From an uncultured delta proteobacterium (GTDB taxonomy: Bacteria; Desulfobacterota; Desulfuromonadia; Geobacterales; DSM-12255), in assembly GCA_963787125.1 (NCBI GenBank), contig CAWBBV010000001.1:512001-576000 (forward strand): a stretch of DNA of 64,000 nt. The letters run 5' to 3'. Positions 10,571 through 21,000 of this stretch are shown in pieces (within the stretch, counting starts at the first letter, position 1; each line of letters opens with the position of its first letter). The notes beneath the pieces are model-generated. The model saw nothing but the letters and a program-made list of their open reading frames with translations, searched no databases and was not told the origin of the DNA. A program made the position numbers and the translations under genes.

Positions 10571-11444
10571 TGCCGTAGCGCGGATGCTGTCCCGATACGA
10601 GAACAGAAGCCTGGACGACCAGATGCGGGCGCTGCGGGAGATCATCCAGGAGGTGGCCCTGCTCGGTTTGTGGCGCGCCCGGTTTTTTGAGCATGGGGCA
10701 TTTTACGGTGGCACCGCTCTGCGGATTCTCCACGGCCTGGACCGTTTTTCCGAAGATCTGGATTTTTCCCTGCTGGCGCCGGCAGCTGACTTTTCTTTGC
10801 AGCGCTTCAGTGCGGCTTTGGAAGAGGAGGTGCGGGCTTTCGGTTTCAACCTGCGGGTCGAGTCGGTCAACAAATCGGTGGAAAGCGCCGTGCAGTCTGC
10901 CTTTCTCAAGGCGAATACCCGCAACGAGCTGCTGGTGATCGAGACCGACGAGCGGCTTACCCGGAATACCCCGCCGGGGCAGGTGCTGAAAATCAAGATC
11001 GAGGTGGACACCGATCCGCCGCCGGGGTTCATGACCACGACCCGGTTTCTGCTCCAGCCGATACCCTTTGCTGTCCGCTGCTATACGCTCCCCAGTCTGT
11101 TTGCCGGTAAAATCCATGCGCTGCTCTTCCGCCGCTGGAACAACCGGGTCAAGGGGCGCGACTGGTACGACCTTGTCTGGTATGCGGCTAATCATCCCCA
11201 GCTCAACCTGTATCACCTGGAACAGCGGATGCGGCAGACCGGGCAGTGGAGCGGCGAAAGCCGCCTGACAAAGAAGCAGTTCGCTGAACTGATGAACAGC
11301 GCCATCGATCGCCTGGATCTGGAACAGGCACGGCAGGATGTTTCCCCTTTTGTGAAAGACCAGCAGGCTCTGGCGATCTGGTCCCGGGATTTCTTCCGGG
11401 ATGTGGCGGCCAGAATCAGTATTGTGGAAGAACAGGAGGTGTAA
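10563..11444 (+). CDS. AbiEii/AbiGii nucleotidyltransferase toxin
   Basis: FYGGTALRILHGLDRFSEDLDFS, KIHA, KGRDWYD. Confidence 0.92.
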   Translation: MHDAVARMLSRYENRSLDDQMRALREIIQEVALLGLWRARFFEHGAFYGGTALRILHGLDRFSEDLDFSLLAPAADFSLQRFSAALEEEVRAFGFNLRVESVNKSVESAVQSAFLKANTRNELLVIETDERLTRNTPPGQVLKIKIEVDTDPPPGFMTTTRFLLQPIPFAVRCYTLPSLFAGKIHALLFRRWNNRVKGRDWYDLVWYAANHPQLNLYHLEQRMRQTGQWSGESRLTKKQFAELMNSAIDRLDLEQARQDVSPFVKDQQALAIWSRDFFRDVAARISIVEEQEV

Positions 11445-11511
11445 CGCCCCTTGCCCAATTTCATCTCCGAAGACAGTATCGAAAAGGCCATTCTAATGCG
11501 GCTGGGCTAGC

Positions 11512-12735
11512 TCAGAGCAAAGCGACGTCATCGTTGTTATCAACAAGCTCCGCCGGCAGACTCTTCCCCGGTTTTATCCCCAGTTCCCGCAGCATCTCTG
11601 CCTGACGGATGACATTGCCCTTACCGCTATAGAATTTACCGCAGGCATCGTCATAACTTCGCTGCGCCTGGTTCAGCCTTGCGCCGAGCCCCTTCAGGTC
11701 ATCCACAAAGCCGACCAGCTTGTCGTAGAGCTCAGCGCCCCGCCTGGCGATCTCCTGGGCATTTTTGTTCTGCTGCTCCTGCCGCCAGAGGTGGGCAACG
11801 GTTCGCAGGACAAAGAGGAGAGTGCCGGGGCTTACCAGGAGGATATTTCGTTTCCAGGCATCCTGCCAAAGGTCACTGTCGTGGGCGCTGGCCAGCATGA
11901 AGGCCGGTTCTACCGGGATAAACATGATGACAAAGTCGAGTGATTTGACGCCGTGAATATCCTGGTAGTTCTTCTCGGCAAGTCCCTTTATATGGACCCT
12001 GATGGAGTCAAGATGTCTCTTTAGAGTGATCTCCCTGGCCTGGTCGCTGTCGGAGTTGACATGCTCTTCGTAGGCACTCAGGGAGACCTTGGCGTCAATG
12101 ACGATATGGCGCTCTTCAGGAAGATTGATAATCACGTCAGGCTGAACCCTGCTGCCATCTTCGCGGCTGTGACTCTCCTGAACAGTGTACTCAAAACCTT
12201 TTCGCAGACCCGATGATTCCAGAATCTTTTCCAGAATCATCTCTCCCCAGTTCCCTTGAGTCTTGCTGGAGCCTTTTAACGCCCGGGTCAGGTTGTGGGC
12301 ATCATCAGAAAGCTGGCGGTTGAGCGCCATCAGCCCTCTGACCTGCTCGGCCAGGGCGCTGCGGTCTTTGCCTTCCTGGAGATAAACCTCTTCGACTTTC
12401 CACTGAAATTCGGTCAGTTTAAGTTTGAGCGGTTCCAGCAGTTGCCCGATATTGGCCTGATTCTGCTCGGTGAATCTCTTTGACTTATCTTCGAGAATCT
12501 CGGCGGCCAGCGCCTTGAACTGGTTGGAAAGCTGCTCCCTGGCATCATTCACCAACGCCAGTTTTTCCAGGTGGTGTCTTTGCTCGGCAGCCAGTCGCTC
12601 TGCAAGGCGGGCGATCTCAACCTGGCCTTCACTTCTGGCAAGCCGGGCAGCGTCTTGAGCCTTTTTCCCAAGGAGTACGGTTGCTGAGGCAATGCCGATA
12701 CCGATGCCGATGACGAGAGTTATGACTGTTTCCAT
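11512..12735 (-). CDS. rmuC: DNA recombination protein RmuC
   Basis: N-terminal TM, coiled coil, QGNWGE, QPDVII, IDAKVSL, FIPVE. Confidence 0.95.
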   Translation of the reverse strand: METVITLVIGIGIGIASATVLLGKKAQDAARLARSEGQVEIARLAERLAAEQRHHLEKLALVNDAREQLSNQFKALAAEILEDKSKRFTEQNQANIGQLLEPLKLKLTEFQWKVEEVYLQEGKDRSALAEQVRGLMALNRQLSDDAHNLTRALKGSSKTQGNWGEMILEKILESSGLRKGFEYTVQESHSREDGSRVQPDVIINLPEERHIVIDAKVSLSAYEEHVNSDSDQAREITLKRHLDSIRVHIKGLAEKNYQDIHGVKSLDFVIMFIPVEPAFMLASAHDSDLWQDAWKRNILLVSPGTLLFVLRTVAHLWRQEQQNKNAQEIARRGAELYDKLVGFVDDLKGLGARLNQAQRSYDDACGKFYSGKGNVIRQAEMLRELGIKPGKSLPAELVDNNDDVALL

Positions 12736-12777
12736 AGCTCCTCCCTGAAACGGAATTATTCCGCGGAATTAGTGTTG

Positions 12778-14178
12778 TTATGATTTGGTGTCGACAGCAA
12801 GGGTCTGCAGCGACGTTTCCAGAAGGGTCAGATCATTGTCGAGGATAGTTCGGGTGTCAAGGAGAAAGAGGCCCTTGGCAATCCGGCCGATCACCGGGGT
12901 TGGCGCAGTGCGCAGTCGCTGCTCTATCTCGACCGCAGAGAGGGTGGGACTTGTTACCGTCAGAAGTTTTGTCGGCAGTTGCAGTAGCGGCAGCGTACCG
13001 CCACCGGCCATGGAAAAACCGCTGACCAGTTCAAGGGAAATAGTTGGCGGTAGAACTTTCTTCAATCTTCGCAGCAGCTTCCGTGCCCGGATATTCAGAT
13101 CCTTTTCCGGGATAGTCAGCATTCGCAGAATCGGGATGTCCAGTAAAGCGCTCCGCTCGTCGCGGTGCAGCTTTAAGACCCCTTCCAGGGCGCACAGGGT
13201 CATTTTGTCTACCCGCAGAGCTCTCAGGAGCGGATGTTTTTTCAGCGGCTCGATGAAACATTTTTTGCCGGCAATGATGCCTGCCTGTGGTCCACCCAGA
13301 AGCTTGTCGCCGCTGCAGACAACAATATCAGCCCCTGTGGACAGGTATTCACGCACAGTAGTCTCCCGGCAGCCGGATATGGGTGCAAGATCGATAAACA
13401 GGCCACTGCCGGCATCAACCATAACCGGCAGACCGGCTTCCTTGCCCAGTTCGGCAAGCTGGGTATGACTGACTTCAGCAGTAAAGCCGACCATGGCAAA
13501 GTTGCTGCAGCTGACCTTCAGAAGAAGAGCGCTCTCAGGTGAGATGGCGTTGCGGTAATCCTTGAGGTGGGTCCTGTTGGTCGTGCCGACCTCCCGCAGG
13601 AGTGCGCCACTCTGGGTCATGATATCCGGAATCCTGAAGGAGCCGCCGATCTCCACAAGTTCGCCGCGGGAAACGATGACTTCACGCCCTTTGGCAAGGG
13701 ATGAAAGAGCCAGCAACAGGGCGGCTGCATTGTTGTTAACCACCAGGGCGGCTTCTGCACCGGTAAGCTCGCAGATCAGCGGTTCCACATGACTGTAGCG
13801 ATCGCCCCGTTCTCCGCTTTGGCCATCGAATTCCAGATTTGAGTAGTGGAGCGCTGTTGCGGTTAGCTGTTGAGCGATCTTTTGCGGCAGGGGGGAACGG
13901 CCGAGATTGGTGTGGATGACTGTGCCGGTGGCATTGATGACCCGGCGCAGCGAAAAGCTGTTGTCTCTTTGCAGTTCTTTCGTAACCAGGGCGGCGATAG
14001 CGGGAAACTCAACGGCTGCAGCGGTAACAGCGCCGGTTTTTATTTGTGCGCGGATCGTTTCAAGGACAGTCCTGACGGCTTTCAGAACAGCCGTGCCGGG
14101 GTTGCTTTCCCGGATTGCCTGAAATGCCGGATCAGCAATCAGTTTGTCTACTTTTGGGATCTTGCGCAAAACTGACAT
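12778..14178 (-). CDS. selA: L-seryl-tRNA(Sec) selenium transferase
   Basis: VINATGTVIHTNLGR, VSRGELVEIGGSFRIPD, SGDKLLGGPQAG. Confidence 0.97.
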   Translation of the reverse strand: MSVLRKIPKVDKLIADPAFQAIRESNPGTAVLKAVRTVLETIRAQIKTGAVTAAAVEFPAIAALVTKELQRDNSFSLRRVINATGTVIHTNLGRSPLPQKIAQQLTATALHYSNLEFDGQSGERGDRYSHVEPLICELTGAEAALVVNNNAAALLLALSSLAKGREVIVSRGELVEIGGSFRIPDIMTQSGALLREVGTTNRTHLKDYRNAISPESALLLKVSCSNFAMVGFTAEVSHTQLAELGKEAGLPVMVDAGSGLFIDLAPISGCRETTVREYLSTGADIVVCSGDKLLGGPQAGIIAGKKCFIEPLKKHPLLRALRVDKMTLCALEGVLKLHRDERSALLDIPILRMLTIPEKDLNIRARKLLRRLKKVLPPTISLELVSGFSMAGGGTLPLLQLPTKLLTVTSPTLSAVEIEQRLRTAPTPVIGRIAKGLFLLDTRTILDNDLTLLETSLQTLAVDTKS

Positions 14179-14186
14179 GGTTAGTC

Positions 14187-14894
14187 TCAGATATCGACCT
14201 GTGCTGCGGCCAACTGCTCGCTCGGAGTGAAAGAGGCGTCTGCTTCGCCCTTCTCCATCAGAACCCGACCGCCGTATTCGGCGTTTTTCCGGACAAGTTG
14301 CTCTGCCAGTTCGGCGTTTCTTGCCCTGAATGCCTCGATTATTTTGACGTGTTCCTGGACGGAGACTTTCATCCGGCCCGGTTTTGAGAGTGATTCATAG
14401 CGGAGTCGCTGGAATTTGCTTAAAAGGCCGTTGATCATCTCATCAAGCTTCTCATTGTCAGCAGCTTTGCGAAACAGCTCATGAAAGTCGTTGTGAACTT
14501 TGAAGAAATGTTTGATGTCACCAGCGGCAGCCAGCTGCCCCAGCTTTTCGTTGATAGCGACAAGCTTGTCGATCTCCTTTTCGGTCAGGTTCTTACAGGC
14601 CTGCAGCGCCGCGTACCCTTCGAGGATGCTCTTGATCGCATAGAACTCTTCGATCTCTTTGGAGGAGAAGGAGACAACCACTGCGCCTTTGCGGGGAATA
14701 ACCGTCAGATAGCCTTCAGATTCCAATTGGCGAAAGGCTTCACGAATCGGCGTTCTGCTGATGCCGAAACGTTCGGCCAACTCAGGTTCCGCCACTTTTT
14801 CGCCGGCTTTCAGCGTGCCGCTGGTGATGGCATCACGAATCGTTTCGAGGATTTTTTCCCGTAAAGTCAGGTGCTTTTCAATGGATCTTTTCAT
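14187..14894 (-). CDS. GntR-family (FCD) transcriptional regulator
   Basis: LAERFGISRTPIREA wHTH; FCD domain with FH and EH motifs; alternative start at 14924. Confidence 0.92.
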   Translation of the reverse strand: MKRSIEKHLTLREKILETIRDAITSGTLKAGEKVAEPELAERFGISRTPIREAFRQLESEGYLTVIPRKGAVVVSFSSKEIEEFYAIKSILEGYAALQACKNLTEKEIDKLVAINEKLGQLAAAGDIKHFFKVHNDFHELFRKAADNEKLDEMINGLLSKFQRLRYESLSKPGRMKVSVQEHVKIIEAFRARNAELAEQLVRKNAEYGGRVLMEKGEADASFTPSEQLAAAQVDI

Positions 14895-14918
14895 TTTCAA
14901 AACTCCGAATTGGTTTGT

Positions 14919-14945
14919 TTTCATTGTATACTGTATACAATGAAA
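14919..14945. promoter_or_regulatory. Perfect 13-1-13 palindrome, probable GntR operator
   Basis: tttcattgtatac-t-gtatacaatgaaa directly upstream of the GntR gene. Confidence 0.75.
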
Positions 14946-15099
14946 GTCAAGCCGGAGTATAACATCATTTGGTAAAAATGATCAGGCTGAGTCTGTCAGG
15001 GGTTTTTTGCCTGGTTATCGTGGTCTTTCGCTTGAATTTTACAAGCGCGGGATGTAATCTCTCGACTGTTGCATAATGAGCGTAAGTTAGAGGTTTTGA

Positions 15100-16152
15100 T
15101 TGGATCCTATCAGGCATCTGAAAATATCAATGATGGTTTTGCTGGCGCTGGTTTCTCTCGGCGTTAGCGGCTATATGACGATCGAGGGGTGGTCACTGCT
15201 CGACGCGCTCTATATGACAATCATTACCCTTGGCACCGTCGGTTTCAAGGAGGTACATGACCTCTCCCCCTATGGCAAGATGTTTACCATCTGTCTGATC
15301 ATCTTTGGGGTCAGCGTGCTCGGTTATATTGTGGGAAGTCTTGCCCAGATCATGTTTGAAGGCCAGATTCAGAGGATTATCGGGAGGAAGAAAGTGGAGA
15401 AAAGGATCGATTCCCTCAAGGATCATTACATTATCTGCGGTTTCGGTCGCATCGGCCAGCTTATCTGCAAGGAGTTCGCCGCGAAACCGATACCGTTTCT
15501 GGTGCTGGAGAAGCATCCGGAGGCGCACGAAAAGCTGCATCACGAAGAGTATCTGCACCTGCGCGGCGATGCCACTGAAGATGAGACGCTGCTACGGGCC
15601 GGGATAAAAAGAGCCAAAGGGCTGATTTCGGTAGTAACGTCAGATTCGGAGAACGTTTATATCACTCTGACCGCCAGGGGGTTGAACCCGGACCTTTATA
15701 TCCTTGCCCGGTCGGGTGAAGAGGGTTCGGAAATCAAGCTGCGGCGCGCCGGCGCCAACAAGGTCGTTTCTCCCTACGTGATCGGTGGCGGCAGAATGGC
15801 ACAGGCGATTCTGCGCCCAAATGTAGTCGATTTTATCGAAATTGCCACTGGCCGCGAACATCTTGAACTGCAGATGGAAGAGATCATGATTCCGGCCCAA
15901 TCAGCGTTTGTCGGCGAGAATCTGATCAGCTCCGGTTTTCGGAAAGAGACCGGCACCATCATTGTCGGCATCAAAAAGTGCAGTGGCAAGATGGTATTCA
16001 ATCCTGAATCCCACTCCAAAATGGAGGCAGGTGATACCTTGATCGTGCTGGGCCATCCGGCGGCGATCAAGAAGCTGGAAGATCTGATACTGTGTGAATC
16101 CTGCGCTGCCGATGTAATCAAAAAACATAAACCGGAGTATCCCCGTGCCTAG
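15100..16152 (+). CDS. Potassium channel protein with RCK (TrkA-N/TrkA-C) domains
   Basis: Two TM helices with TLGTVGF pore signature; CGFGRIG NAD-binding RCK domain. Confidence 0.92.
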   Translation: MDPIRHLKISMMVLLALVSLGVSGYMTIEGWSLLDALYMTIITLGTVGFKEVHDLSPYGKMFTICLIIFGVSVLGYIVGSLAQIMFEGQIQRIIGRKKVEKRIDSLKDHYIICGFGRIGQLICKEFAAKPIPFLVLEKHPEAHEKLHHEEYLHLRGDATEDETLLRAGIKRAKGLISVVTSDSENVYITLTARGLNPDLYILARSGEEGSEIKLRRAGANKVVSPYVIGGGRMAQAILRPNVVDFIEIATGREHLELQMEEIMIPAQSAFVGENLISSGFRKETGTIIVGIKKCSGKMVFNPESHSKMEAGDTLIVLGHPAAIKKLEDLILCESCAADVIKKHKPEYPRA

Positions 16153-16948
16153 AACCATTCATGCCCACGTCCCTTTCCCCCAGGTGCAGCTGCATCTGGA
16201 CTACATGATCGCAAAGAATCTCCATCCCGAAATATTTTTCTCCGGAAATGTTCTGGACGAAACTTTTCCGGAAGAGATCGAGTCGGTGGCGGCAGCCCTG
16301 GCAGCCTCAGGCCGGGCCTGTACCATTCATGCCCCGTTCATGGATCTTAACCCCGGCTCTGAAGAGGATCTGATCCGGGAAGTGACCAGTCGCCGTTTCG
16401 ATCAGGTCTGCGCTGCAGCGGCAATCCTGAAGCCAAAGGTGATGGTTTTTCATCCGGGATATGACCGCTGGCGCTACGGTGAAAAGCAGAGTTCCTGGCT
16501 GGGACATTCGATTGAAACCTTCAGTGAAATACTGCAGGCTACCGAGGCGATCGGCTGCACAATAGCGGTGGAAAATATCTTTGAGGAGGAGCCGTCCACT
16601 CTGCTCGCTCTTCTGGAGTCTTTCAACCACCCCCGACTGCGTCACTGCTTCGATGTCGGCCACTGGAACCTTTTCCATGCTCCCGGTATCGGCCTGGACG
16701 AGTGGTTTGACGCTCTTGGAGCCCACATTGCGGAAATCCATATTCACGATAATAGTGGCAAAAAAGACGACCATGCCCCTGTTGGTGAAGGCAATATAGA
16801 CTTTGAACAGTATTTCAAGCTGCTGGACCGTTATGCCCCCGCTGCCGTCTGGACTATCGAAGCCCACAGTCGCGCCTGTCTTGAACGGGCGGTCGTCAAC
16901 GTTGCCAAATTTGCCGCTATTCCGGCCGCTCCCTTGAAATATTGCTGA
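16145..16948 (+). CDS. Sugar phosphate isomerase/epimerase (AP endonuclease 2 TIM barrel)
   Basis: IHAPF, FHPG, AVEN, CFDVGH, HIHDN..DDH. Confidence 0.88.
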   Translation: MPRTIHAHVPFPQVQLHLDYMIAKNLHPEIFFSGNVLDETFPEEIESVAAALAASGRACTIHAPFMDLNPGSEEDLIREVTSRRFDQVCAAAAILKPKVMVFHPGYDRWRYGEKQSSWLGHSIETFSEILQATEAIGCTIAVENIFEEEPSTLLALLESFNHPRLRHCFDVGHWNLFHAPGIGLDEWFDALGAHIAEIHIHDNSGKKDDHAPVGEGNIDFEQYFKLLDRYAPAAVWTIEAHSRACLERAVVNVAKFAAIPAAPLKYC

Positions 16949-16991
16949 TGAGCGCTTATTTTTCTTTAAGATGTAGAAAAGGAGGTCATAA

Positions 16992-17156
16992 ATGAAAGAT
17001 ATCCTGCTGCTTGGCGGAGTTGTTGCCATCTGGTATGTTATGAACCGGTTTATTCTACCTAAAATGGGGATTCAGACCTGAATGTCCGACTCATGCTCCC
17101 TCGAGGATCGAGGGGCTAAAAAAAAGAACGAGTCTGAGAAGAAAGCGGAGGAATGA
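16992..17156 (+). CDS. Candidate small membrane-anchored selenoprotein, 54 aa, Sec at codon 30; absent from ORF track
   Basis: AAGGAGG RBS; MKDILLLGGVVAIWYVMNRFILPKMGIQT-[TGA 17079]-MSDSCSLEDRGAKKKNESEKKAEE*; hairpin downstream of the TGA; final stop abuts next ATG (17158). Confidence 0.65.
17097..17115 (+). promoter_or_regulatory. Putative bacterial SECIS hairpin
   Basis: tccctcga-gga-tcgagggg; the G-starting apical loop begins 23 nt after the UGA. Confidence 0.6.
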
Positions 17157-17157
17157 A

Positions 17158-17982
17158 ATGAATCAGCTGCAGATTGACAGGGAAAAGTGCCGGATGGACG
17201 GCATCTGTGTTGCCGTCTGCCCGATGCGAATCATTGCCATGAAAGACAGCTCGTCACTGCCGGCGCTGGTGAGCGGGACCGAAGAGCTTTGCATCAAATG
17301 TGGCCACTGTGTTGCCGTTTGTCCTCACGGTGCCTTGGCGCTTGATGATATGAAAACAGAAGACTGTCCGCCGCTGCGGGCGGAGCTTGCCATTGACAGC
17401 GATCAGGCAGAGCAGTTGATCCGCTCGCGTCGTTCGATTCGTGTTTACAGTAAAAAGCCGGTAGAGCGTGAGAAGCTGGCCAGGCTGATCGATCTGGCCC
17501 ATTATGCTCCGACCGCCACCAACAGCCAGCAGGTACAGTGGCTGGTAATAAACTCGCAGCAGCTGCATTCTCTGGCCGGGATGATTATTGACATGGTACG
17601 TTATCTGATCAAGGAAGGTCATCCGCTGGCCAAGGCCTATCGGCTCGAACGGTCGGTGGCAGCCTGGGAAGCCGGGCTGGACCCGGTTCTGCGCGGAGCG
17701 CCGGCTCTTGTCATTGCCCATGCTCCCAAAGGGTACGCCATGGGCCAGGTGGACAGCACCATCGCTCTTACATCACTGGAACTGGCTGCGCCGACTGTCG
17801 GCCTCGGCTGCTGCTGGGCCGGGTTCTTTATGATGGCTGCCGGCCAGTGGCCGCCGCTGCAAGAGGCGCTGGCGCTCCCTGAAGGCCAGGTCTGCTGCGG
17901 AGCGCTGATGATCGGTTATCCGCACTACTCCTACCACCGGCTGCCGCTCAGGAAGCCTGCGGTAATCAGCTGGCGGGGATGA
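17158..17982 (+). CDS. Nitroreductase family protein with N-terminal 4Fe-4S ferredoxin domain
   Basis: CRMDGICVAVCP, CIKCGHCVAVCP, RRSIR, APTATNSQ. Confidence 0.92.
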   Translation: MNQLQIDREKCRMDGICVAVCPMRIIAMKDSSSLPALVSGTEELCIKCGHCVAVCPHGALALDDMKTEDCPPLRAELAIDSDQAEQLIRSRRSIRVYSKKPVEREKLARLIDLAHYAPTATNSQQVQWLVINSQQLHSLAGMIIDMVRYLIKEGHPLAKAYRLERSVAAWEAGLDPVLRGAPALVIAHAPKGYAMGQVDSTIALTSLELAAPTVGLGCCWAGFFMMAAGQWPPLQEALALPEGQVCCGALMIGYPHYSYHRLPLRKPAVISWRG

Positions 17983-18024
17983 AGGCGTCGGGAAGAGTGC
18001 CCCATCTTGATTAGGCGGCTATAA

Positions 18025-21000
18025 ATGCTAAAACATCGGCAACTGCCGCTCTTTTTTAATAAAGTCAGTGTCCGGCTCGTTCTCGAAGAAAGTTATGGAC
18101 GCCTGAACGGCAGCGTCCAGTATGGTGAGACACCGCTCAATCAGTGGAGTCGCGGTCTGCCGAGGGAGGTTGCTTCCTGGCTGACACAGCTACCGTATTA
18201 CGAATCCACCCTGCGCTACTTTCTGGCGTACACTACCCTGACCAAAGGTAAATATCCGCTTGTGTTCAAGCACCCTGATGGCAGGGAGCAGCCGCTGAGG
18301 CTCCTTGCCGATTCACCGCGCCGGGCTTGCCTCACTTTTTCAATAATTGATGATGAGGTAACCATTTGTCGGACAGTCGACGGCGCCTCTCCCCTTTCCG
18401 ACTGCTGCGTCGCTGCCCGGGAACTCCTTCTCGATCTGGATGCAGGGACAATCCACCCACTTGCCGACCGGGAGATCTGGAGAATATGGGATACGCTTGA
18501 GGACGAACTGAGTGTCGAGAGGGAGCCTGACGTTTTCGCCGCTGATTTTGCTGACGATGACGATTTTTATGACGACGAAGGCTTTGGTGACGACGTCGAT
18601 GACTATTGTCCGGACAATGAGCAGCGAAAAGGCAACCGGAGCGTCACCACCCGCGCGCGCTTCAATGCCGCGGCGCTACGGTTGAACTCGAACTTTACCC
18701 CCCACTGTAACGAATCTATCCTGTTTTTTCACAACGGCGCGCCGGTCATCTGCCGTCCAGAGCGGCAACTCTCCTATCAGCTGGAGCTCCCCGCCAATCT
18801 CGACAGCGCATTTATTGGCCTGCTGCCGCTGGTCTGTCTGAATGATCAGAAATACACGTTTGCCGGCGAGCTTTTCCGGTTTTTTGATCACGACAACCGC
18901 GCCCAATATTACCGGCTGCTAAAGGCGAAGAAACGGGCGCGCAATCTCATAACCGCCTGTTTTGAACTGGCAGAGGCGGCCACCCCGGCGGCGCGCCGAG
19001 CTATCATCAAGTGCGCTGTCAGTGGGCCTGATTATCTCAAGCGGGTTGTAAAAAGAGAAGCAAAAGAGATCCTGACCGCCTTTGTGGAGGAGAGCGGCCA
19101 GCGGCCGCTTCTGATCCAGGCCGCCGCTGACGGCTGGCACTTCGCCGAGGATAACCGCCGGGAGCAGATCCGCCTGGTGCGGCTTCTTCATGACCTCTTC
19201 GGTATTGATGCTTTTGATTCCGGCACCAGTCCGGGTGAGATGACTGTTGCGCAGGAGGATCTGCTGGCGCAGCTGCCGCGCCTGGCAGAGCGACTCCAAC
19301 TGGGGGGATTTTCCTTGCGGATTGGTGGCGAACCCCTGGCAACCGGAGCCTGGGATTTTGCCCTTGATGCGACCGCCAGCAGCGTTGATTGGTTTGAGCT
19401 GCGCCCCGAGATCCGCTGCGACGGTGAACTGCTCAACGCGGAAGATCTGCAACGCCTGGCAAACAGCGGGATTCTGCGCCGGGATGGCAAGCTGATTCTG
19501 ATTGACGACCTGAGTGCACAGATTTTGGCCATGCTGGCCGGGAGCGGCCTTTCTATCGGCAAACGGAAGAAGAAAGGGGGCTCAGAGGCGCTGCGGATTC
19601 CGCGGCTCCAGATCCTCGACTGGCTGCAGCTGCGCAGTCGTGGCGTTACCGTGCGGCTGGGGGCGGACGATGCCAGAATCCTGGAGAGCCTGCTAAGCTT
19701 CGGCAACATTGCTGAACGCCCGTTACCACCAAGTCTCAATGCCACCTTGCGTCCCTATCAGTGCGACGGTTATCAGTGGCTCGGCTTCCTTTACGAGCAC
19801 CGCTTCGGTGCCTGTCTGGCTGATGACATGGGCCTTGGCAAGACCATTCAGAGTATCTCCCTGTTGGCCGGTATCGCGGCAGAAACCGTTGTCAGCGCTG
19901 CTGCTCCCCGGACTCCCCATCTGATAGTGGTGCCGCCGTCGCTGCTGTTCAACTGGGAAAGCGAACTTGCCCGCTTTTTCCCCGGAGCAACCGTCTTTAC
20001 CTATACAGGCTCCAGCCGCTCCAGCGATACTTTCAAGGAACACGATATTATTCTGACCAGTTACGGCATTATCCAGCGCGACATAGAAAAACTGCTGGCA
20101 TTTCGCTTCAACGTCATCATTTTTGACGAAGCCCAGATTGTCAAAAATCTCCAGGCTGCCACCACCAGTGCGGCGCGGCGGCTTGTGGGGGCGTTCAAGC
20201 TGGCGCTTACCGGTACACCGGTGGAAAACCGCATCGAAGAGTATTACGCCATCATGGATCTTTGTCTCCCCGGACTGCTGGGGACAGCGGAAGAGTTTTA
20301 CCGTGCCTGCAGCAACCGGGCTCAAGGGGGGATTGACCGGCTGCTGCGCCGTACCCGCCCGTTTATCCTCAGGCGCAACAAACAGCTGATCGCTGCCGAC
20401 CTGCCGGATAAGATCGAAACCGATATCCACCTGGAGCTGTCGGCCAAGCAGAAGACGCTGTATCAACGCACTGTTGAAGAGGTGCGCAGCCAGATAGATG
20501 AGGCTTTTGCCAAGAACTCACCCGGTCAGGCGCGGATCATCGCCTTGACTGCCATCCTGCGCCTGCGCCAGATCTGCCTGGCGCCAGCCCTGGCACTGCC
20601 GGGCGCCACCGACTCCTCCCCCAAGCTGGATTTCCTCCTGGAGCAGCTGGCAGAGCTGCGGGATGAAGGGCATAGTGTCCTGGTTTTTTCCCAGTTCACC
20701 TCGTATCTCGATATTGTTGAAGCCGGTTTAAAGCGGCACCATCTCCCTTACCTGCGACTGGATGGCTCCACGCCGGTGCCACAGCGCAAAAAACTGGTAG
20801 AGAGCTTTCAGGATTCGGCGGCGCCAACAGTATTCCTGATCAGCCTCAAAGCCGGTGGCAAAGGGCTTAACCTGACCCGCGCCACCTATGTGTATCACCT
20901 CGACCCCTGGTGGAATCCGGCCGTGGAGAACCAGGCCTCGGACCGGGCGCACCGCATCGGCCAGACGCGCCAGGTCACCATCACCAGACTGATAATGCGG

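Noticed and set aside
17983..18100. 5' truncation of the SNF2 helicase (no SWIM finger, weak RBS)
   Set aside because: Plausible, but no remnant is visible upstream and it cannot be supported without homologue alignment.
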